A stretch of DNA of 64,000 bases from Balamuthia mandrillaris (Eukaryota), in contig JAVKOQ020000079.1 of the NCBI GenBank assembly GCA_031835245.2, positions 1-64,000 of the forward strand. Reading direction: 5' to 3'. Below the pieces are notes generated by a model. It was not told the DNA's origin, did no database searches, and saw only the letters and a program-made list of their open reading frames with translations. Shown piece by piece: positions 48,486 through 59,110 of the stretch. The position numbers were made by a program, and so were the translations under genes. The first letter of the stretch is position 1. Each line of letters begins with the position of its first letter.

Positions 48486-49331
48486 GTGTTATCTCTCTCA
48501 GCCCAATCAACCATGTGCTGTCGCTGCCTCTACCCACCAGGACCGAGTCTTTGCTTTGCAACCCAATTTTCGCTCTCGGGTCTCTTTTCTTTCGTTCTCT
48601 CGTCTTGCATCGTACATCTCTCCTCTCTTGTCTTTCGTTCTCGCAAGAGCTGCGCTGATAAAGAGGAACAAGCAAAGGCGCTGAACACCATGAAATGTTG
48701 CAGTATTATTCTGAAGCCAACTTGGTTTCTCAAAAGCCTTCTTCCAAGCAACAGCCACAAGGACAAAAGGAAAACGGTCCAGTCCAATAACAACAACAAC
48801 AAGAGTTACGTGGCTCATCCTCTTCCTCCTCCTTTGTTTGTTTGGAGGAACTGGCTCTGTCTCTTCCTTGCTCCTTATGTTCAGCGGAACTTCCGGCCTC
48901 CCCTTCTTCCTTTGGTTGTTTGGAGGAACTTCCTTCTTCACTTCCTTCTTTCTGTTTTTGTTTGGAGCTTCCCTCCTTCTTCTTTTCTCTTTTGCTTTCC
49001 GCTCCACCCGCCAGCCCTTTCTCCACCCGTATAACGGCCTTTTGAGGGAGAGCGTAGTCGCTTAGCATTTTGCTGCTCAACAGCGCGCGTCTATCATGGT
49101 ACAAAACTTGTTCGTTCTCTTCTATCCCGGTTTCCTGTTTTTTTTTTTTAAAAAAAGTAATTAGAGTTTGGCCAAAGCTATAAAGAAAGAAAAAAAAAGC
49201 GTTACGTAGAAGATTTGCTCTTTCAGCTCGATGATGCTGAGGTCATCATCGACAAAAAGCGGGACGTCAGTCCAGCCGGAGGAGGCCGGAAAGCGAAGCA
49301 ACAGCTTTGCTCTTCCTTTCTTTTTGTTCAT
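48370..49331 (-). CDS. Ubiquitin-like domain protein with charged C-terminal extension, ~3 exons (3' end uncertain)
   Basis: Manual splice: [86 protein letters not shown] aligns by eye to the ubiquitin pattern. Confidence 0.6.
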
Positions 49332-49567
49332 TCCCTGATGTTCGTCTTCACCGCTTCAAGTCCCAAATTGTGTTTCGCGTAACAGTAAAAATTGACCAAA
49401 AAAAGAAATAATTCATTTATTTACATCATTACGTCATGATCATCTTAACAAGGAATTTAATGACGCAAGCTTCAAAACCTGACGCACACGTCAGCAGCTG
49501 TGTATGTGACATCACCCTTCTCCCTAGAAGGAAATCTTGACGTAATGTTACAAACGGTAACAGAAAG

Positions 49568-51749
49568 ATGAAGAGACCCGCAGCAGCAAAGAATGGAGAT
49601 GGGAAGCACGGCCCCGCCAACACCGCGAGCGCAACCGTGCCGGCAAGGACAGGATGTCGCCGACGTCGGCGGGCCATGACAGTGGTCGGACAAGGCACCG
49701 TCCAAATGGAGCTCTCGGACCCTCGCTTCGTCTCCACCATTCACGCCGTCTTTCAATTCGCTGCCGGCTCCGCACTCCCTCCTCGCTCCGTCGTTGAAGA
49801 ACGCGTCCGCAAAGGTTCTCTTCCACTTCTTCTTCTTCTTCTTCTTCTCCTTCTTCTTTTTGCTTATTCCTTTTATTGTTTGTAGTCTTCCTACCACACC
49901 TTCGCTTCCGGTCCCGAGTCATCCTGGAGAAGGGCCGTGGCTACTGGGAAGAGGTCGACAACATGGATCTCTCTAGACACCTCTTTTACTCGCGGCTGCC
50001 TTTGCCGGGAAGCCCGCAAACCTTGGACCACCTGGTGGAAACAATGCTCGTGCGCCAGATGGACTTTAGCCGACCCGTTTGGGAGGTGCATTTCTTGTCT
50101 GGCTTTTTTGCTGGGGAGGGCGAGGAGGAGTCGTTTGCTTGCGTGGCGCGCATCCACCATGCCATTGGGGATGGCAACAGCTTAGTCCACCTTCTTTTTC
50201 AGCTGTTGGACCCTCCTTCCTCCCCTCTCTCCGCTTCTTCTGCCTCTTCTACTTCTGCTTCTGCTTCTGCTTCTTGTTCTTCTTGTTCTTCTTCTTGTTC
50301 TTCTTCTTCTTCTTCTTGTTCTTCTTCTTGTTCTTCTTCTTCTTCTTCTTCTTCTTCTTCTTCTTCTTCTTTTTCTGCTTGTTCTTCTTCTTCTGCTGCT
50401 GCTGCTGCTTCTGCACCTTCTACAGACAAACAACGAAAACAACGACCTTCTCCATCTTCTTCTGCTTTGTGGCGAAAACTGGTTTTCTTCCCGGTGGAAC
50501 TGATGGACAGAGGGACAGAACTGATGTGCAGTTTGTGGACGTGTCTATGCCTTCCTCTCTTTCCCAACGATACTCCCACTAGAATGAAGCTCGCTACTCC
50601 ATATCACCTCAGCACCACTCGACGAGTTGCTTGCACTAAAGCCTTGCCTTTGACCGAATTTAAACGAATGAAGAACGAGACATCGTTAGATAGCAACACG
50701 CCAAATACCACCATCAATGATCTATTGCTCGTGTTGTTGACAGGTTCCATCAGGAGATATCTTTTGGCAAAGAAAGATCCAGCAGTCATGTTGTCAACGG
50801 AGGAAGGAGGAGAGAAAGGAGGCACCGATACTTCGATTCTGTTGCGCGGATTCTTTCCGTTGGACATTCGGTCATTTGTGGGGCGGCGACGACTCGATTC
50901 AGAGATGGTGGAGCTTGCTAACCAGTACGCTTATATTCTTCGTCTTTTGTTTTTTCTCATAGCACTTCTGTTTCTTGTCTCTTATCCCTTTCTTTTGCTT
51001 CGTTTTTTTCTGCTCCGCAAGCAAAGATGGACAGTGGTGCCCTTCTCCTTTCCCATTCATCTCTCCGACCGCATTGAAATCCTTCGCACCTGCAAGCAAC
51101 AAGCCGATCAACTGAAACGCTCTACCGTGCCCATCATCCTACGTTACATCCAAGTAGTTGGCCGAACTCTTCTTTCTCATCACCTGATGGAACGTCTGGT
51201 CATGAGTCTGTTCAGCCGGTTCACGATGATGATGACTAACGTGATAGGCCCCTCGGTGGCGATGAGCCTATTTGGAGCTAAAGTGCACAAGATGATGTTC
51301 TACGTTCCAGCTGTGGTCGGCTCCGTCTTTACCTTCATCAGCTATGATGGCAAAGTAACCCTTGGCTTAACAGGTATGTTTGTTTTTTCGATTGGATGAA
51401 AGATCCTTCTGTGCATTACTTTCTTCTGCATCCTTCTCTTATCTTTACTTCTCTGCTCTATCTGAACAAGTTTATTTTGAATCAAACCACAACCACAGCG
51501 GACCCATCGGCGATTCCCGATCCAGAGTTTTTCATCCAGTGCTTGGAGGAAGAGTTTGATGACCTGAAGCACGACATCAAAAAACACCGAAAACGAACGA
51601 CAAACGCAAAAGAGCCAACACCAAACCAAACTCCCTCGTCGCTGTTGTTCGGTTGGGCGAAACACCTCCTGTGCATCACTTTCTTCTGCCTCCTCCTTCT
51701 CTTCTTCACTTTTCGACTCGTGGAGATAATTTCTTTATTTCGCCAATAA
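49568..51749 (+). CDS. Wax ester synthase / diacylglycerol acyltransferase (WS/DGAT), multi-exon
   Basis: DFSRPVWEVH, RIHHAIGDG (HHxxxDG), TINDLLL...SIRRYL, TNVIGP, ISYDGKV. Confidence 0.9.
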
Positions 51750-51870
51750 TTTTTTTGGTTTGTCGACATTTCGCCACTAAATTGTTGATTACTAATAATT
51801 TATTCGGTTTGTCGACATTTCTACACTAAATTGTTTTTTGCCAATAATTTATCCGGTTTGTCGACTTTTT
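51745..51870. repeat. ~49-bp tandem repeat (about 2.6 copies), each unit carrying GGTTTGTCGAC
   Basis: AATAATTT..GGTTTGTCGACATTTC..CACTAAATTGTT repeated; cores at 51761, 51810 and 51859. Confidence 0.85.
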
Positions 51871-52373
51871 TCGGATTTTTAAATTGATTTTCTTGGAAAT
51901 TTTTCGAAACCGATATAAAGTTTTTTTTATCGCACTAAGCAAACACCAGAAAAATAGGGAAGTGGCGCTTGACCCCCGCTTACCAATCCCTTTCATTTTT
52001 TTCTTCTGTGTGTGTGGTTCAAGGCCTTGTTGTTGTGATCCAACTTTTGTTTATTGTGTACGCGACTCTCTTCTTCTTCTTCTTCTTTTCTCTCTCTCTC
52101 TGTGTGTGCAAGATCACTGAAGCGTGTAAATCTTGTGTGAGGTCTTTCTTTCAAAGACACTGGTTATTCTTCTAACGCTGAAAAAAAAAAAAAAAATACT
52201 ACACAAAAAAATAACAGACAAAAAAAAAAACCCTCTCGCTCTTCTCTCCGCGCGGTTGTGTGTTTTGCTTGATTTTTTTTTCTTTCGGTTGGACTGAAAG
52301 AAAAGTCACTGCAGGATTGATTATCTTGTTGTTGAGTTTTTTTTTTTTGTTGGAGTGAAGAGAGAATAACACC

Positions 52374-52637
52374 ATGAACGCTCAACAACTCGCTCAAGTG
52401 GAAGAGTACGGTGAGAGGCTCTACGCTGCCACCAACCCACAGCAGAGGGAGGAGGCCACGCGCGCCTTGGAGCCCTTCTTGGAGCCCTCCAGCATCGAGA
52501 TCCTCTCCAAGGCCCAGTACGTGCTGGACAATTCCTCCTCTCCCTACGCCCAGCTGTTGGCTGCGCAGTGCTTCACCAAGATCGTCAATGAGCACTGGAA
52601 CAGCCTGAGTAAGAGCATGCGTCAGGACCTACGTACT

Positions 52638-52712
<75 letters not shown>

Positions 52713-55700
52713 CTCTTTCTCTCACATCTCATCTCATTCGCTCATTCCCTCTTCTCACTCCACTCCTATACCTCACTCTCCCTTCTCGCTTCTCACTCAC
52801 TTCCCTTTGCTCTTTCCTTCTCTCGACGTTCGGTCTTTGCTCACTCGTTATTGTGCAAAGGGAATTATTTGTTGAGCTTTCTCAGTGGAAGGGGAATGGA
52901 CACCACTGACTTTACTCTGAAATCCTTGATAAAATTGGTCTGTTTGATCACAAAGCTTTCCTGGTTCGATGACACTGAACACGAAAAGATTGTGGAACTC
53001 ATTTCTAAGTTCTTGCAGGTACTTTGCATTTATATATTTTATTCGTTTGCATTCATGTAACGTTGCCTGTTACTCCAATCGTTATAGGCCTCATTGCCGC
53101 ATTGTATTATGGGCCTTCGTCTATTTACTCAACTGGTGAATGAAATCAATCAACACTCCAACAAGCCAAAGAAAGGTTTTTACTTTTTATCGTTGGCGCA
53201 ACACCGGAAAGTATGCATATCCTTTCGCGATACCTGCCTTCGCACCATCTTCCAAATCGGCCTCTCCACGCTGCAACAACTTGTAAGCAAGTCTGCCGTC
53301 ATCGAAGAAGGTATAACCCCTTCAATTCCTTGTTGTTTTCTTGGGATCACCCCTCTTTTTTTAACCTGCTTTTCTCACTTGATAAACAATTAAAAGCTGC
53401 ACAAGAAGAAGCTGTTAAAAACGAGGCCCTCAAACTCTCGCTGGAATGCCTTTCCTTTGACTTTATTGGTAGCCTTCCCGATGAGTCCTCCTTGGACATG
53501 GCTACCGTGCAAATTCCTATCAGCTGGCGCAGCATCATCCAAGATCCTGCCACTCTTCGCCTCTTCTTCACCCTCTACTGCTCCTCCCAACCACCTCAAT
53601 CCACGGAGGCCATGGCCTGTCTCGTGCAGCTGGTATCCGTGCGACGCTCTGTCTTTAGTGAGGATGAGGATCGTAACAAGTATCTAGCCATGTTCCTGCA
53701 AGGCACCGCTGACATTCTTCAGCACCAAACGGGATTAAACCACGTCTCTAACCATCACGAGCTCTCTCGTCTGTTGGCTCGTTTGAAGGCCAACTATCAG
53801 TTGAACCACATTGTGGCGACGGAGGGTTATGAGCAATGGGTGGACCTAGTCGCAAAGTTTACGGTCACCACCATTAAAGCCTGGCAGTGGGCTCCCAACA
53901 GCGTTTACTATTTGTTGAACCTGTGGTCCCGCATGGTGGCCTCCATCCAATACTCAAAACCAGAGGTCAGAACGCAGCTTGATGTGTATGGACCTCAGAT
54001 CTTAGAGTCGTATATTACTTCGCGCTTGGAATGTGCCAGTACCATGAGTGGTAATGATGAAGGTATGGATAATTTCATTTTTTTTTCATTCGTTGCGTTC
54101 TCACTTGGGGCGTTAAGACCCCCTTTTGGATGCGGATGCGTTGCAAGCACAGCTGGAAGCGCTGCCGCCATTGGGACGCTGTAACTATGCTAAGACGAGC
54201 GAGTTTCTTGTTGCTTGCTTCGATCCCATTGCCCAAAGCTATGAGGTTTTCTTCTTCGCTCTCTGCGTTTCATTTCGCTTTCTCTATGCTCAACAAAAAT
54301 CAAAACAAACGATAAACCAACAGCAAAATCCAAAAGGCCCATCAAACGTGGAGCAAGTTTTCATTCTGGAAGGACAATTAGCATGGCTCGTACACATCAT
54401 GGGCTCGATGGTGGCGGGTCGTTTGGGCAGCGCCAACTCGGACACTCACGACACGATCGATGGAGAGCTGACCGCACGAGTATTTCAGCTGATGCAGCTG
54501 CACGATCGTCGGCTCGCACAGAGCGGTGGTGATGACAGTAATGTAAGACTGGAATGGGCTTTTCTCTCATTTTTGCTCAACTTTAGGCGGATTTACATCG
54601 GAGAGCACTCGCCCTCTCCTTTGTTGTACCTACGACTTGCTGAATGTTTGGGTATCAACGACAACGTTCGCTTAATGCACTTTATCATTACGAAGATGTG
54701 CGTTTCCTTTCCATTTCACTGTCTTTCTCTCTCTCTCTCTCTCTCTCTGTGTTTGATTTGCGTCATTCTTGTCTAACATGAATGCAGAGTTACAAATCTT
54801 AAATTTTGGCGAGAAGACTCGAGTGTTGTTTATAGAACGTTGAAGTTGTTTTTCGATCTTGCTGTAGGTTACAGTAGCGGCAAACTTTTATCCAAGATGG
54901 ACATTATCACTGAAATATTGACCCATCACACTGTGAGTTCCCCTTCTTATCGTCTCTCCTTCAATTGCTCGTAACAGTGATTTTCTTTTTAACAGAGTCA
55001 ATATCTGCCTTTTCTGGATCACGGCGACAATGTCCACAATCGGACAGCCTTTTATTCAACCCTAGGACGTTTACTCTTCAGCGACACTCACATCATGAAA
55101 TTCGAGGAGTTCATGCTTCCCTTCAAACAAACTACTCGTTCTCTAATGAGCGTTAATTCGGCGGAAGCATTCCGACAGAGCGACTGCAAGGTTGGTGTCT
55201 TCTTCTTTCTTTTTTTCCCCCCTTTTTGAGAATGCAGGCTAACACACGTGTGCTGCGTTCCCAGAGAGTTTTGATTGGCTTGTTCAGAGATTTATTGGGT
55301 ATAATGAATGCTGTCACTTGCAGTCGTTCCTACACTTGCATGTTCGAATGGATGTATGTTGTTGACTTGCACTCTCGATTGTTATTCTCCCTTCTTCTGG
55401 CTTTTCTTACATATTTTTTAAAACAAACAGTTACCCAGAGCACATGCCCCTACTTATACAGGCTGCAGAGGTCTATTACGACACTCCGAGCGTTACCTCT
55501 CCTTTGCTGAAGTTTTTTTCAGAGTTTGTGAATAATCGAGCGGAACGCATATCCTTCAAACCTTCATCGCCTCACGGCATCCTCCTCTTCCGCGAAACCA
55601 GCAAACTGCTTAGTGCCTATGGTACGCTTACCTTTGTTGTTTGTTATTGGAACTGTTATCGTTATCTTTATTGTTTGTTGTCCACTTGCTTGTTTTTGGT

Positions 55701-56766
55701 ATATCTTTGTTCATTTAGTTCTGTTCTTTCTTTCTTGTCTCACACAACAATGCTCAAGGTGGCAGACTTTTGGCGTACACACCGGCAGATCCAGAGGATC
55801 CCTATCCTGACAAGTACAAGGGCATATGGCTGTGCATGCAAATCCTCGCTAACTCTCTGCGCGGCAATTACGTTGTCTTTGGAGTGTTTTCTCTATATGG
55901 CGATCCAGCACTCACCAATGCCCTCGATGCCGTCCTTCAATTAGTCTTTTCCATTCCTTTCGGAGAACTGAGTGTACGTTCTTCCTCCCTCTTCCTTCTA
56001 CCTTCTACCTTCTTATAACTGTATTATCAAATAGGCATATCCTAAAATGTTGCGCGAGTACTACAACCTCATCCACGTGCTCTGCCTGAACCACACCGAC
56101 ACCATCATCGAGCTGGATACCGAAGTCTTTGCTCGCATCGTGCGTTCTCTCTACGACGGCCTCACTCACGCCAACGAAAACGTCGTAAAGCAAGGCGCTG
56201 CCGCTTTGAACAGCATCCTCTCCTTCGTCGTCGAAAACAAATCCAAAACTGCCTCCGCTTCCTCCTCTGCTTCTTCTCCTTCCCCTTCTGCTTTTGCTTC
56301 CGCTTCTCCTCATGTGGATGTGTTGAAAGCGCTCAACAAGTTCTCTGTACATAACCAAGCCTATCCGAAGCTCTTCCCGGATGTGCTCTTGCTGCTCTTC
56401 CAGCTCATTATCTATGACGAGCAGGTCAGCATCATCGAGTTCTCTCTTCCGATGCTGTGCCTCATCCTGCTCTTCCCGGACCAGTACAACCTCATCAAGA
56501 ATCAACTCATCGAGAAGCAAGGACAAACGGATCGGTTGATTGAAGGGATGGGAGGTGCTGATTCTGCCTCATCCGCCTCTGCCCCTTCTTCCTCCTCGTC
56601 TTCCGCTGCCAGCGCTAAGGATGGAAGAAGCAGCCAGCAGAGATTGGCGGAGGCATTCGAGAAGCTGATGGACGGAATTGGGGATAACCTTTTGTCCAAG
56701 AACCGGGAAAAGTTCAGACAAAACCTCAACGCCTTTCGTTTGGAGGTGAGGTCTTTTGTCGCCTAA
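52374..56766 (+). CDS. XPO7: Exportin-7 (RanBP16/17), multi-exon
   Basis: QYVLDNSSSPYAQLLAA, ITKLSWFD, HRKVCISFRD, CLSFDFIG, RLLARLKANYQL, WQWAPNSVYYLLNLW, NYVVFGVFSLYGD, NLLSKNREKFRQNL. Confidence 0.95.
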
Positions 56767-56953
56767 CCCTAACCATTTTTTTTGCTTGGTTTCGAAACCA
56801 AGCAAAAAAAATAATCATAATATTTTTAAAATATTATTGGTATTTGGTTCTGGAAAGGAAAAATGAATTAAATTATTTACTATTTTTAAACAAAAATTTT
56901 AGAGTTTTTTATTTTTCCGCAAATTATCGATTAACACAAAAATAATTGTCCGT

Positions 56954-57518
56954 TTAAATGCCAAGAAGCAAGCTGAACAAGAAAAACAGGAGGGTGAAGA
57001 CGACCAACAACACGTTGTCGTACAAGAACCTGCCGGGGGCGGTCAGCCTTATCAACGAGGTCACGGGATAATAGTCCTTCTGTCCGACGATCACCCATTT
57101 GCCCGATCGAGCGTCCTGCTTGCAGTCCAACTCGACGAACATCTGCATGCGCCCCTCCATGAAGGGGAGGAAGTAGAGGCGGAAGGTTTGGGTGATGTCG
57201 AGGAGGACGGTGCTATCGTTGGTCCACAGGTTGTTGATGGTCACGGAGTGCTTCCAGTTGCAACGACGCCATGCTTTGAACATCTATTTTATGTTAGTTT
57301 TTCTTGTTGAGGAGAGGGCTATGGAGAGGAGAGGAGAGGAGAGGGCAGAGAAGACAAATACTCACTCGGATCATGTTCTCACGACCACCAATACGAAAGA
57401 AGGGATGGCGAAAGACAGCCCCTTCAGCAAAACACTTCTCACAGGCTTGTTGCAGGTCGTCCTCGTCCCCTTCAATCACGTCCTTGACCAAACGACTACA
57501 TTCTTTGAGGTCTTGCAT
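56954..57518 (-). CDS. NTF2/SnoaL-like protein with C-terminal TM, 2 exons
   Basis: FAEGAVFRHPFFRIGGRENMIR|MFKAW...WVIVGQKDYY; hydrophobic tail. Confidence 0.7.
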
Positions 57519-58060
57519 CTTTGTTGGTTGTATGTATGTATGTACACCGCTTATGGGTTGTAAAAACGTTTGTTGTTTTGACAAGTCGCACAAACAAAAG
57601 AGAGAGAGAGAGAGAAAGCAAGAGAAAAAGAAAACGGTCCAAAGAGAAATGCGTTACGGACGAAAGCATAGTGCAAACCGAGAAAAAACTGAACGAAACT
57701 TGGAAGAAAAGGTGTTTCACTTTGAAGGAAAGGGCACTGGTAGACACACTGTCAGAGGGTAAAAGCATTGCCAAACTTTTGCAAATTCAAACGCTCGTCT
57801 TTGAGAGAGACTTTGCAGTGTTTGTTTAAAATAGTTCCTGACTTGTGGAGGTCACCAGAACGGCGAGATAAGCCTACCGTGAGGGAACACTGCTAGCAAC
57901 CATCCCCATGGCCGTCATCCCCACTCTCTCTAAAGACCATATACATCACTAACTGCAAGCACCTCTCGAAACAACAGGAAGATTGCGGAAGGCCACACTA
58001 CACCGTAGGGGGTCAGCAGAGGGGCGATTTCCCACAATAAGTGATTCAACAATCAACCAA

Positions 58061-58131
58061 GGCGCTGTAGTTAAGTGGTAAAATTCTCGCTTAGGGTGCG
58101 AGAGGCCCCGGTTCGATTCCGGGCAGCGCCC
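58061..58131 (+). tRNA. tRNA-Pro (anticodon AGG)
   Basis: GGCGCTG/CAGCGCC acceptor; CTCGC-TTAGGGT-GCGAG; GGTTCGATTCC. Confidence 0.96.
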
Positions 58132-58300
58132 AACCTTTCTTTTTTGTTTTAATGTTTTCACCCTTTCTAGTTGCCCAGGTACTCCCAACCCTTCCGCACG
58201 AAGAAGTTCGAAGCTCACAATCCAACATCCGGCGAAAGGTAAGGTAGTCTTCCTGCTTTGTATGCGCATGCAAACGGTTCTGAACAAACCACAAGTTGTG

Positions 58301-58595
58301 TATGAATGGTGGCTTCAAGCAACCAAAGGAACAGCACAAGTTTCCAATTTTGCAAATGGTGTGAGTATTCCTGGTGCGAATTGAGTCCAGCCCATTTGTT
58401 TACAGTCATGGACCACTTCAGGTAAGATAAATCCTTGCTCAGTAATCATTACAGCTGCAAGACTACAATCGAAAAGAACAACTGATCATAAATTGGAAAC
58501 TTGTGCTGTTCTTTCGGTTGCTTGAAGCCACCATTCATAACTAGTGGTTGTTCTTTTCGATTGTAGTCTTGCAGCTGTAATGATTGCTGAGCAAG
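58301..58595. repeat. Two interleaved ~50-bp inverted repeats (A 58301-58350, B 58434-58482, A' 58490-58539, B' 58547-58595)
   Basis: Base-by-base comparison: A vs reverse complement of A' 48/50; B vs reverse complement of B' 48/49. Confidence 0.95.
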
Positions 58596-58789
58596 TAAAT
58601 TTTTTTCGGGATAGCTCTCACCGAGCGAGCTTCGCTGCCATTGTCGTTGTTGGATCTGCTAGACAGCGGGTTTTCCAAGAACTTCGTGGCGATATGGATA
58701 TTTTCCAGACCTGTGTTCTTTTTTTTTGCTGAAGACCGGTAACAAAAAAGTTTTATGTTTGCCAAACTACATTTCTAATCCCCAACTAA

Positions 58790-58860
58790 GGCGCCGTAGT
58801 TAAGTGGTAAAATTCTCGCTTCGGGTGCGAGAGGCCCCGGTTCGATTCCGGGCGGCGCCC
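58790..58860 (+). tRNA. tRNA-Pro (anticodon CGG)
   Basis: Same body as the Pro-AGG gene, with anticodon CGG and a compensatory C-G pair in the acceptor stem. Confidence 0.96.
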
Positions 58861-59110
58861 AAAAATATTTTTTGTCATTCATCTTCGCTATTCCCCTTTT
58901 TTTTGTCAGCAGAACAAAATCAAACCAATCAACAATCAAAATTTTTTTTTGCCTTTTTCCTTTCCAAGGTGTGTTTCATAATTAATTAATTGTCAAACCA
59001 ACCAATGATTTTTGTTGAGGATAATTGCGGGTAATTGCATCTCTCCCACCCAAATCAAGTCTTGCTCTTCTTATTTTGGTTTTCTAAACCAGAAAAACCA
59101 ACAACAAAAG

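Noticed and set aside
51745..51870. CRISPR-like regularly spaced repeat
   Set aside because: Whole units are similar (no unique spacers), under three copies, no cas genes, eukaryotic context
58200..58690. Extra short complementarities flanking the crossed repeats (CGAAGCTC/GAGCTTCG, ATCCAACA/TGTTGGAT)
   Set aside because: Only 8 bp each and not in nested order; could be chance
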